Virus record (IMG/VR): IMGVR_UViG_3300005535_000012
Coordinates: 1 to 39,583 of that record
Direction: 5' to 3' (one strand)
DNA from: a virus
Length of the DNA: 39,583 nucleotides
Below are positions 27,182-33,594 of this stretch, in pieces; position 1 is the first letter of the stretch, and every line of letters starts with the position of its first letter. A model generated the notes under the pieces. It had not been told where the DNA came from. It did no database searches and saw only the letters and a list, made by a program, of their open reading frames with translations. Position numbers and translations under genes: made by a program.

Positions 27182-27507
27182 ACCACTTCCTTGTTGCGGT
27201 ATGCCTTTTCGACAGCACTAACAACACGACCGACTTCCGAAGCAGAAACCCAGCCGCCGTATAGGTCTTGACCGACGATTTTAGAAATTTGGCGCATCCC
27301 AATCTCGCAATGATTGCTGGAGGATGCATGTCGAGCGACGAGCTTGGCGATATAGATTGCGGCCCCCAAAAATCCTGCGCCGAAGAGGCCTAGTAGCAAT
27401 TTAGGCAACGCGCCTTCGATGATGAGCCACCATATGAAACCCTCTTTCGCTCCATCTGCTAGACCAGCGAGTGCCTGAATGATGAGTTTTATTTCGTCTA
27501 TTCCCAT
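27178..27507 (-). CDS. Two-TM membrane protein (109 aa)
   Basis: AAGGAGG SD; hydrophobic segments FIWWLIIEGALPKLLLGLFGAGFLGAAIYI. Confidence 0.65.
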   Translation of the reverse strand: MGIDEIKLIIQALAGLADGAKEGFIWWLIIEGALPKLLLGLFGAGFLGAAIYIAKLVARHASSSNHCEIGMRQISKIVGQDLYGGWVSASEVGRVVSAVEKAYRNKEVV

Positions 27508-27612
27508 TTACGCCTCCTTATGTTTTCCGAAAATTCCCCACGGCCCAGCCGCCCGATTCAGCGCTTGAACTTCATCCCATATTTTCTCGAGCCTAGACGC
27601 ATCTCGAGTCAT
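27508..27612 (-). CDS. Small hypothetical protein (34 aa)
   Basis: Hand-read ORF with GGAG SD; the stop abuts the next ATG (TAAATG). Confidence 0.35.
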   Translation of the reverse strand: MTRDASRLEKIWDEVQALNRAAGPWGIFGKHKEA

Positions 27613-27647
27613 GTCTCCGCCATAAACGCCACACCCACTTACCTTCT

Positions 27648-28229
27648 TCATACTGCCTCCATTTCATCTTGCAGGTGGATGGTCATGTCTTGAGAATAAA
27701 CTCGGCCTGGCGTCGCTTCTTTAGGCTTGACGAAACCAGCGGCCGTAAGGAAGGGATTGACGTTTCCGGCCTTTAATTTCCGACGTTCCCGGTCGCGCCG
27801 ATTGGTTTCAGCCTTCGACAGAGGGGCCGGCTGAGGGGCATCTTCACCTGGGCCGAGCATCCACTTTGGCGATTGAGTGCCGCGGGCGTACACCCGCGCA
27901 TATCCGGAAACATGCCATTTCGTCCCACGCCCTTCGTACATCGTGACTCGGATTCGGTGGTAGGACGCTCCGGTTGCCTGAGCCATTTCAAGCACGGTCA
28001 AAGGGGCACCAGCCGACAGCAGGCGGATGATTGCCTCTTCCACCCACCGATAGTGCGACCGGCCACGACCTCCACGCTTCGGAAGGCCGAGCGATTGAAA
28101 GCGTCCCATGATCGAGAAATGGCTTCGGCCCGGCAGCAAATGGGCTGATTCCTTGGCAGTCTTATCGCTGGCGTGGATTTGCCTTACGATCTCGTCTTCT
28201 TCCGGCTTCCATTTCGGCGCGCCCATCAT
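27648..28229 (-). CDS. Putative transcription regulator with Myb/SANT- or GcrA-like N-terminal HTH
   Basis: WKPEEDEIVRQ...LLPGRSHFSIMGRFQSLGL resembles the Myb repeat / GcrA N-terminal domain; ATGA coupled to the upstream HTH gene. Confidence 0.45.
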   Translation of the reverse strand: MMGAPKWKPEEDEIVRQIHASDKTAKESAHLLPGRSHFSIMGRFQSLGLPKRGGRGRSHYRWVEEAIIRLLSAGAPLTVLEMAQATGASYHRIRVTMYEGRGTKWHVSGYARVYARGTQSPKWMLGPGEDAPQPAPLSKAETNRRDRERRKLKAGNVNPFLTAAGFVKPKEATPGRVYSQDMTIHLQDEMEAV

Positions 28230-28450
28230 GCAATCTCCCGACGGTCCGTCAAGCCAGCGAGATAGTCCAGACTGACGCCAAAGAAACGAGCGGTTTCCAG
28301 AAGCGTCCAGTAGCCCGGAACACGGAGATCTCGCTCAAGCATGGATACGTATTCGGACGACAGCCGGCATTCAGCAGCGAAGGCCGATTGGCTGAGATGT
28401 CGCTCTTTGCGCAACTCACGCAGACGATCACAAAACATGGGCTCTTTCAT
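28226..28450 (-). CDS. XRE-family helix-turn-helix regulator
   Basis: LRELRKERHLSQSAFAAECRLSSEYVSMLER is a classic XRE HTH. Confidence 0.8.
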   Translation of the reverse strand: MKEPMFCDRLRELRKERHLSQSAFAAECRLSSEYVSMLERDLRVPGYWTLLETARFFGVSLDYLAGLTDRREIA

Positions 28451-28482
28451 CTCATGACTCCCTTTTCATCAGCCGAACCGAA

Positions 28483-28914
28483 TCAGAATCCTTCGCCGTC
28501 ATGAAGCTTTTGCTTCAGCAAATACCCCTCTAACGGCCAGATCTTCGCTACGGCGTTCTGTCGCGCGATCTTGCGGCCGATTTCAGCATCAAAGTTTTCG
28601 GGCGAAGCGCATGCGCTCTCACCGGTCACCGTGAAGCCATTGCGCAGGATTAGCACGCAGAAGGTGAGCAGATCGAGCGACACTGGAATGTCCTCCGCAA
28701 TGCTAACGGCTACCCTGTCGCCCGGCTTCTTCCCAGCTGCGTCGCCGATCGCCAATACGCCGACCACGCCATCCGAAGCCGTAAAGTAATGCTCGCTCGC
28801 GATTGCATTCTCGATGTCTGCCGGCGTAATGCGCGGAGCCGTCTTTCCCTTGCGAAGGATCATGTCTTCGAGTTGCTCGTCGTCGCTGCGATTCGTGTTG
28901 ACTGCCATGTTCAT
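28483..28914 (-). CDS. N4 gp49 / Sf6 gp66 family protein
   Basis: LTFCVLILRNGFTVTGESACASPENFDAEIGRKIARQNAVAKIWPLEGYLLK matches my memory of this family signature. Confidence 0.65.
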   Translation of the reverse strand: MNMAVNTNRSDDEQLEDMILRKGKTAPRITPADIENAIASEHYFTASDGVVGVLAIGDAAGKKPGDRVAVSIAEDIPVSLDLLTFCVLILRNGFTVTGESACASPENFDAEIGRKIARQNAVAKIWPLEGYLLKQKLHDGEGF

Positions 28915-28915
28915 C

Positions 28916-29458
28916 TCACTGCTCCTTTTTGAGTCGCCGAACCTCGGCGCGGTAGTAAGTTTTCATCTGCTCGATCTGCGTGAGCGTGAGCTTCAGGGGC
29001 TCATGCTTGCCTTCGAGCCATTCGACCTTTTCGAGCCCGATTTTCTCGATCAGATTGATGCGGTATGCGGTCAGGTTTCCTGACAGGTACAGGTTGCAAG
29101 GTGCGCACTGGAGATGGACGTTCAGCGGCTCGAACCGCAGTTCCGGCGCCGATCCAACCGACCGGTAGTGCCCTGCATGCCACCGTCCCTTGTGCATCCG
29201 GCCGCAGGAAATGCAGGGATGGCCGGCGTCACGCAGCCTCACCCAGGCGTTGAACGCGTCTTGCAGATCGGCCAGATGCTCGCCGCGGCTCTTTGCCTTC
29301 TGCCGCGCCTCACGGACATCACGCGCGGCCTTCTTCGCAGCCAGCCGGCGCGTCCACTCGAGCGCACAAGGCACTGAACACGCTTTCGACATGCTCGAAA
29401 TTGGCGTGAAATCGCGGGCGCAGACCTTGCAGCGCTTGGGCTTAAGCGTGCGGATCAC
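28916..29458 (-). CDS. ninG: NinG/Rap-like recombination endonuclease
   Basis: CKVCARDF...CSVPCA...AFNAWVRLRD...CISCG...HAGHYRS...LRFEPLNVHLQCAPCN...SGN. GTG 29458 with GGAGG SD is chosen over the long tracked start that overlaps the upstream gene. Confidence 0.8.
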   Translation of the reverse strand: MIRTLKPKRCKVCARDFTPISSMSKACSVPCALEWTRRLAAKKAARDVREARQKAKSRGEHLADLQDAFNAWVRLRDAGHPCISCGRMHKGRWHAGHYRSVGSAPELRFEPLNVHLQCAPCNLYLSGNLTAYRINLIEKIGLEKVEWLEGKHEPLKLTLTQIEQMKTYYRAEVRRLKKEQ

Positions 29459-29607
29459 TTGTCCACCTCCGTGAAGTGCTTCGGCGCACGCGTCGGTCCC
29501 ACGACGGGTGCCTTGCGCTCCTTCTGCGGCACGCTCAGGATTTTCTTGATCTGCTCCAACTGCTCTGCTGCCGTCTTCGTCGGCTGCCGGCGCTTGTTCT
29601 GGCTCAT
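29455..29607 (-). CDS. Small basic protein (50 aa)
   Basis: Hand-read ORF, ATGA overlap with the replication-gene stop and GTGA overlap with the ninG start. Confidence 0.5.
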   Translation of the reverse strand: MSQNKRRQPTKTAAEQLEQIKKILSVPQKERKAPVVGPTRAPKHFTEVDK

Positions 29608-30509
29608 GCCGCCTCCGATGCGTTGATGGCCTCGATGATGCGAGCCTTGAACTGGGCTTCCGTCTCTCCCGGGCGAGCATCCGATATCCCAAGTTCACGC
29701 GCCTTCGCGCTCATCGCCTGAGGCGTCAGAGTCCACGATGTCACGGCCTTCGGCCTCTGCTGCGCCCCGCGCACGTCGACAGACGCTGCATCCGCCTTCC
29801 AACCATTCAGCTTTTTCACGATGTACGCAACGGACATGGATTCATTCGGCTTCGCCTTCCGCGCTTCAGCACAACATGCCTCCAGGGTGTCGATATCGAT
29901 CTGTTGCTCAGCAAGGGCGATCACGCTCGGGTGGAACGGCGTTGCATCGATCGAGTGCTTCCGCAGCACCATCGAAACTCGCGCGCTCGCGCTAGGTGTA
30001 TGTGTAGGTTCTTCTCTTCTCTTCTCTTCTCTGTGCGTTACAGTAACGTTATCAGTAACGTTATTTTCGGCCTTGTTTTTCTCCCTGAATCGGGCTTGCC
30101 GTTCCGCGTTTTTCTTCTTGGCAGTGTCCTCAGGATCGACGTTTTGATCCTCGAAGAACCTAGGCAGCACAAGGCCTTCGTCGGTTTCAATCGCCCACCC
30201 CACCGCTACCATTGCAGCCCCGAAACCAGGCAAATCAGCGATGTCATCCAACACTGCGGAGGTGACGCCGCGGTAGATGAGGTCGTCGTTTTCGCGCTTC
30301 CCTCGCAACCGCATAACACCCCACACCGCTACAAGAGCACCTACCGTAACGTTACGCATAACGTTACGCGTAACGGTCATTTGTCGTTGGCAGTGCTGAT
30401 CTACGAACATCGAAAGATCGCTATCAGGTGCCATCAGCAGATCGGCCATTACGCTCACCTTGGGATCTCGATAGAGATCGGTGCGCATCTTGATCCAGTC
30501 ACCGGCCAT
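29604..30509 (-). CDS. Replication organizer / initiator-like protein
   Basis: N-terminus WIKMRTDLYRDPKV is typical of phage replisome-organizer proteins; iterons lie inside the gene; early-operon position. Confidence 0.55.
   Translation of the reverse strand: MAGDWIKMRTDLYRDPKVSVMADLLMAPDSDLSMFVDQHCQRQMTVTRNVMRNVTVGALVAVWGVMRLRGKRENDDLIYRGVTSAVLDDIADLPGFGAAMVAVGWAIETDEGLVLPRFFEDQNVDPEDTAKKKNAERQARFREKNKAENNVTDNVTVTHREEKRREEPTHTPSASARVSMVLRKHSIDATPFHPSVIALAEQQIDIDTLEACCAEARKAKPNESMSVAYIVKKLNGWKADAASVDVRGAQQRPKAVTSWTLTPQAMSAKARELGISDARPGETEAQFKARIIEAINASEAA
30041..30064. repeat. Iteron cluster A (2 x CAGTAACGTTAT), beside a (TTCTC)x4 tract at 30012-30031
   Basis: Exact tandem 12-mers containing TAACGTTA. 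Confidence 0.7.
30347..30376. repeat. Iteron cluster B (TAACGTTACGC x2 plus TAACGG)
   Basis: TAACGTTACGC-A-TAACGTTACGC-G-TAACGG. Confidence 0.7.
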
Positions 30510-30599
30510 TTAGAACTCGCCCGATCCAATCAAATACGGCAGGCCAACAAACAGCATGCCGAAGAAGCCGCAGAGGAAGCCGTCAGTGAGCCAGTTCAT
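30510..30599 (-). CDS. Tiny hydrophobic peptide (29 aa)
   Basis: MNWLTDGFLCGFFGMLFVGLPYLIGSGEF; ATGA-coupled upstream, and its stop abuts the replication-gene ATG. Confidence 0.45.
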   Translation of the reverse strand: MNWLTDGFLCGFFGMLFVGLPYLIGSGEF

Positions 30600-30688
30600 G
30601 CGTGGCCTCGAGTCAGCCATCCAAGCAACCCGAGCAGCCCGATAAACAAGGCTCCCCATGCGATACATGCTCCGAGAAGGGGTGTCAT
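30596..30688 (-). CDS. Tiny hydrophobic peptide (30 aa)
   Basis: MTPLLGACIAWGALFIGLLGLLGWLTRGHA; ATGA overlaps on both sides. Confidence 0.45.
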   Translation of the reverse strand: MTPLLGACIAWGALFIGLLGLLGWLTRGHA

Positions 30689-30945
30689 GCCGTCACCTCA
30701 TCTTTGATGTCGTCGGTGATGGGGAGGCCGGTGATCGGGCGTAGATCGGCATCCGAGGCATTTCCTTCACTGCTCATTTCGCCGTCAGCCGTACGTGCTG
30801 GATGAGCGGCTCGTACATTCCATATGGGCTTCCCTGAAAAATCTGTAACCGCTTGGTTGAAGTTCAGGATCTCGAAAATCCGGCCGATGTTTTCGGGAAT
30901 CCCCGAACTCACCATGATCGCCAAGTCTCCAGGTTTGCAGTTCAT
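30685..30945 (-). CDS. Hypothetical early protein (86 aa)
   Basis: Tracked ORF; the MNCKPGDLAIMV N-terminus is common in prophage early proteins. Confidence 0.6.
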   Translation of the reverse strand: MNCKPGDLAIMVSSGIPENIGRIFEILNFNQAVTDFSGKPIWNVRAAHPARTADGEMSSEGNASDADLRPITGLPITDDIKDEVTA

Positions 30946-31043
30946 GCCGCTGCCTCCAATGCCGCCACCGCCATGAACAAAGCGCCAGAACAGACGCCGA
31001 CCAAGAATCCACCAAAAACGAGCGTCGCAGTCAAAAGAGTCAT
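30942..31043 (-). CDS. Tiny hydrophobic peptide (33 aa)
   Basis: MTLLTATLVFGGFLVGVCSGALFMAVAALEAAA; GGGGA SD; ATGA coupling downstream. Confidence 0.45.
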   Translation of the reverse strand: MTLLTATLVFGGFLVGVCSGALFMAVAALEAAA

Positions 31044-31077
31044 GGTTATCCCCATCGTTAGGACGTCACATAGTCCT

Positions 31078-31096
31078 TGTTCGTAACCGATTGCTA
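31078..31096. promoter_or_regulatory. Operator-like 19-mer TGTTCGTAACCGATTGCTA
   Basis: 17/19 identical to 31707-31725; shares TAACCGATT and TGCTAGAT with the inverted site at 31337-31362. Confidence 0.45.
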
Positions 31097-31103
31097 ACGT
31101 ATG

Positions 31104-31307
31104 CTAGATAACACCTGATGCGAAAAGCTCCATCAGGCGCTTCAGGCGAAGGTATGAGGGGTTCTTGAGTTGGCCCCGGCCGAGCTTGTGGATCCAGGCA
31201 TAGCTGTATCCCGTCACCTTGGCGATTTCCCGATGTTTGCCGCGCCGCTTGACTAGCATCCGCTGGCATTCGTCGATCAGGGACGGCGTTTCAGGGGTGA
31301 TTGGCAT
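31104..31307 (-). CDS. Cro/CII-like small HTH regulator, first gene of the leftward unit
   Basis: ATG 31307 with GGAGGA SD; HREIAKVTGYSYAWIHKLGRG HTH. Confidence 0.65.
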   Translation of the reverse strand: MPITPETPSLIDECQRMLVKRRGKHREIAKVTGYSYAWIHKLGRGQLKNPSYLRLKRLMELFASGVI

Positions 31308-31322
31308 TCTCGCTTCCTCCAT

Positions 31323-31392
31323 TTCATATCTACAATCTAGCAGTAATCGGTTAGCAACACAAGTTGAATTTGTTTCAGAGGAGAAACATACT
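31323..31392. promoter_or_regulatory. Divergent promoter/operator region
   Basis: Lies between the divergent HTH genes. Minus strand TTGTGT-17 nt-TAGATT overlaps TTGCTAACCGATTACTGCTAGAT. Confidence 0.5.
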
Positions 31393-31689
31393 GTGGAAGC
31401 GATAAAACTGCGTCAGATCATAACGGCCAACGTACATGAAGCCATGGCGAGGATGGATATAGCCTCTATCACCGAGCTGTCGCGGCTCGCGAATATCCCT
31501 CAGACGACGTTGAACGCGTACCTGTCGCCTAACAAGGAGGGCCTTCCGAGCGTACGGCATCTGCTCCAGATCGCTGCCTTCTTCGACCTCGAGCCATGGG
31601 AACTGCTTTGTCCGGTGGGGGAAGCGGAGCGCGCGGTGATAAAAAGCATGGAGGCCTGGATGCGATCAAAAGGAGATCGAGAGGGATAG
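31393..31689 (+). CDS. XRE-family HTH regulator (repressor candidate), first gene of the rightward unit
   Basis: GTG 31393 with GAGGAG SD; ITELSRLANIPQTTLNAYLS HTH; no S24 peptidase domain. Confidence 0.65.
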   Translation: MEAIKLRQIITANVHEAMARMDIASITELSRLANIPQTTLNAYLSPNKEGLPSVRHLLQIAAFFDLEPWELLCPVGEAERAVIKSMEAWMRSKGDREG

Positions 31690-31700
31690 CAAAAAACCGC

Positions 31701-31729
31701 TTGCTATGTTCGTAACGGGTTGCTATAGT
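31701..31729 (+). promoter_or_regulatory. Sigma-70-type promoter TTGCTA-N17-TATAGT with the operator 19-mer in its spacer
   Basis: -35 at 31701-31706, -10 at 31724-31729, 17-nt spacer containing TGTTCGTAACGGGTTGCTA. Confidence 0.6.
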
Positions 31730-31779
31730 TGAGTCATGGAAGCACAACGTCACGACAGACGAACAACCGAGGAGCCGAC

Positions 31780-31992
31780 ATGAAATACGCCGCCGCACTA
31801 CTTCTGATCGCCCTTGTGGCGTGTACGTCCCAACCGACACCTTGGGTTGACCACGGTATCGGCGGTAACGGTGGTCATGTCTCTGCTGGTGCCCGCGGCG
31901 GTCGTAACGCTACGGCTGGCGGGATGGGCCATAGCGGTAACGGCGGTCGTGGATCGGTTGGCGCTGCTTCTGGCGGCATGGGCCGGAGGTAA
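31780..31992 (+). CDS. Gly/His-rich lipoprotein (70 aa)
   Basis: MKYAAALLLIALVAC lipobox (LVAC); GAGGAG SD; mature part GIGGNGGHVSAGARGG... Confidence 0.65.
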   Translation: MKYAAALLLIALVACTSQPTPWVDHGIGGNGGHVSAGARGGRNATAGGMGHSGNGGRGSVGAASGGMGRR

Positions 31993-31994
31993 TC

Positions 31995-32174
31995 ATGAAA
32001 GCCCTTGCCGGTAAGCGCTGGTTCTACTCATGCGGCCAACGCTCGATGAGCGTCTTCTATATGGGGCCGTGGCCGTCCAAGGATTGGCCGGCGTGGGCTC
32101 GCGCTGCGTACTACGAAGGACGGGAAGACGAGTATCAGGCACGCATGCATCGCGATGCAGCGCTGTCACGCTGA
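31995..32174 (+). CDS. Hypothetical Trp-rich protein (59 aa)
   Basis: Hand-read ORF with GGAGG SD; preferred over the Arg-rich ORF 32030-32485. Confidence 0.45.
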   Translation: MKALAGKRWFYSCGQRSMSVFYMGPWPSKDWPAWARAAYYEGREDEYQARMHRDAALSR

Positions 32175-32192
32175 AATGCTACTGGAGTATTC

Positions 32193-32480
32193 ATGGGCGC
32201 GATCGAAAACTTCCGCACTGGCTTCACGGTCGACCCGCGCGAGCTGGAACGCGAGGTCGCACGGAAGCTGGCTCGTCACGAGCTGTACGACGAGCTGGAT
32301 GCGGACAACAAGGCCGAGACGAAGCTATTCGAGCTTCTGGTCGAGGACGACACGGACGAGAACGCGAAGCGTATCGGGCGGCTTGTGTGGGGAGTTTTCG
32401 CACGGCTGGTGAAGCGCGAAATCGACACGATGAACGAGAAGATCGCGGAGCAGTCGGTGCGCGATCGGATGGAGGTGTGA
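32193..32480 (+). CDS. Hypothetical acidic protein
   Basis: Tracked ORF. Confidence 0.6.
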   Translation: MGAIENFRTGFTVDPRELEREVARKLARHELYDELDADNKAETKLFELLVEDDTDENAKRIGRLVWGVFARLVKREIDTMNEKIAEQSVRDRMEV

Positions 32481-32481
32481 G

Positions 32482-32706
32482 GTGAGCGAGATTAAAAACA
32501 GCGTTCCTGCGTTCCCGAGAACTGTCCAGCGCTGGAATGATTCGTTGGAGAACGTCGAGGGCATGACGCTCCGCGACTACTTCGCGGCGAAGGCGATGCA
32601 GGGGGCGTTCACAAGCCCGATCGCATCGAGCGCCGACGAAAAAGATTACATCGCGATGCACGCTTACAAGATGGCTGACGCCATGCTCCGCGCACGGGAG
32701 AACTGA
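32482..32706 (+). CDS. Hypothetical protein (conserved phage GMTLRDYFAAKAM motif)
   Basis: Tracked ORF, GTG start. Confidence 0.6.
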   Translation: MSEIKNSVPAFPRTVQRWNDSLENVEGMTLRDYFAAKAMQGAFTSPIASSADEKDYIAMHAYKMADAMLRAREN

Positions 32707-32707
32707 A

Positions 32708-32914
32708 ATGGACTGGTATCAGGATATTTCCGTAACCAACGGCGTGATGTACGCCGGTTCCCGGTGGATCGGTTCGTTTTCCTCGCACGAGGCAGCGCTG
32801 GAGATCATGAGCATCCGGCGCGAGCAACGGACGGTGTACAGCGCGCGTGAGACGCATTGCTGTACGGAGTCCGATCTCGAGCTTGCCGAAGCCATCAATT
32901 TTGACGAGAGGTAG
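32708..32914 (+). CDS. Hypothetical protein
   Basis: Tracked ORF, GGGAGAA SD. Confidence 0.55.
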   Translation: MDWYQDISVTNGVMYAGSRWIGSFSSHEAALEIMSIRREQRTVYSARETHCCTESDLELAEAINFDER

Positions 32915-32917
32915 ATC

Positions 32918-33127
32918 ATGGATCGCGTCAAGGTTCTTTCGTACCACGAGGATTGGCAGGCGCATAGGTGCCTCTTTTCAGACGGCAAAGAAACGTATGT
33001 CGATCTTCTTGTGAGCGGCGATCTCCCCTACGAAAACCCCGACGATCTGATCGGAAAGGATTTTGAGTTTGACTGGAAAAGCACGTTCATTTTCATCGCC
33101 CATCGGGTATCGGAAGTAAAGGACTGA
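32918..33127 (+). CDS. Hypothetical protein
   Basis: Tracked ORF, GAGAGG SD. Confidence 0.55.
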   Translation: MDRVKVLSYHEDWQAHRCLFSDGKETYVDLLVSGDLPYENPDDLIGKDFEFDWKSTFIFIAHRVSEVKD

Positions 33128-33130
33128 ATC

Positions 33131-33277
33131 ATGAACTTCCATCGCCTACACACCGTACTCGTGCTTTTGTCCGGTGGCTATCTTGAAGTCGCCTGCGCAG
33201 ACATGGAACTGCCGGAAATGCAGCGGCATTGGCAGATTCGGCGGACCGTGGATTACGGGCAAGTTTGCTGGTGCTGA
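33131..33277 (+). CDS. Small hypothetical protein (48 aa)
   Basis: AAGGA 7 nt upstream of the ATG. The alternative frame 33174-33389 (CRKCSGIG motif) cannot be excluded. Confidence 0.35.
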   Translation: MNFHRLHTVLVLLSGGYLEVACADMELPEMQRHWQIRRTVDYGQVCWC

Positions 33278-33436
33278 CTGTTTTGTAGGGAGAGGAATGC
33301 GCAGGCTGATGCGCCACGGCTACCCCTTGGTTGCTCTTGGGATGAACGTGCAGGGACGTGTAAGTCGCCCGCTAGAACTTGGTCGATAGGTCTAGCAAGC
33401 CGGAGATCAGCACTGGCCCTCTCCCTACAGAGCAGT
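33277..33436 (+). ncRNA. Candidate structured RNA element (multi-branch fold closed by a 19-bp stem); class unknown
   Basis: 33277-33295 pairs with 33418-33436 (17 Watson-Crick pairs plus 2 T:G). There are 4-5 internal hairpins, and the element fills a gene-free gap. Confidence 0.4.
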
Positions 33437-33457
33437 AAGCATTGCGAAGGAGTTGAT

Positions 33458-33583
33458 ATGCGAGCCCACATTTACATGCGCTTCGGACTTTGGGTAACGA
33501 GGCTGGAAGATGAAACAGCGCTGCCATTCCGGACCTTCGAAGGCGCGGCAGCTTGGGCAAAACGGATTCACGAAGGTAACTAA
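33458..33583 (+). CDS. Small hypothetical protein (41 aa)
   Basis: AAGGAG 5 nt upstream of ATG 33458. Confidence 0.5.
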   Translation: MRAHIYMRFGLWVTRLEDETALPFRTFEGAAAWAKRIHEGN

Positions 33584-33594
33584 CCGAGGAAGAC

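Noticed and set aside
29904-30707. 267-aa plus-strand ORF
   Set aside because: It is antisense to the replication gene and the tiny-peptide genes. It is of low complexity and would run against the operon direction.
32030-32661. Arg-rich ORFs 32030-32485 (+) and 32224-32661 (-)
   Set aside because: Their composition (runs of R, G, A) is typical of off-frame translation of GC-rich coding DNA. The alternative set 31995-32174, 32193-32480 and 32482-32706 has SD sequences and tight coupling.
33304-33312. CUGAUG within the candidate RNA as a hammerhead ribozyme core
   Set aside because: The sequence is CUGAUGC rather than CUGANGA, and no matching GAAA or cleavage-site arrangement is present.
33174-33389. 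ORF with a DnaJ-like CRKCSGIG (CxxCxGxG) motif overlapping the candidate RNA element
   Set aside because: The second half-motif is imperfect (DCFVGRG). Third-position GC drops sharply after about nt 33265, the start has only a weak SD, and the frame runs through the 5' arm of the stem and most of the fold's interior. It is kept as an explicit alternative because the first 30 codons look coding-like.
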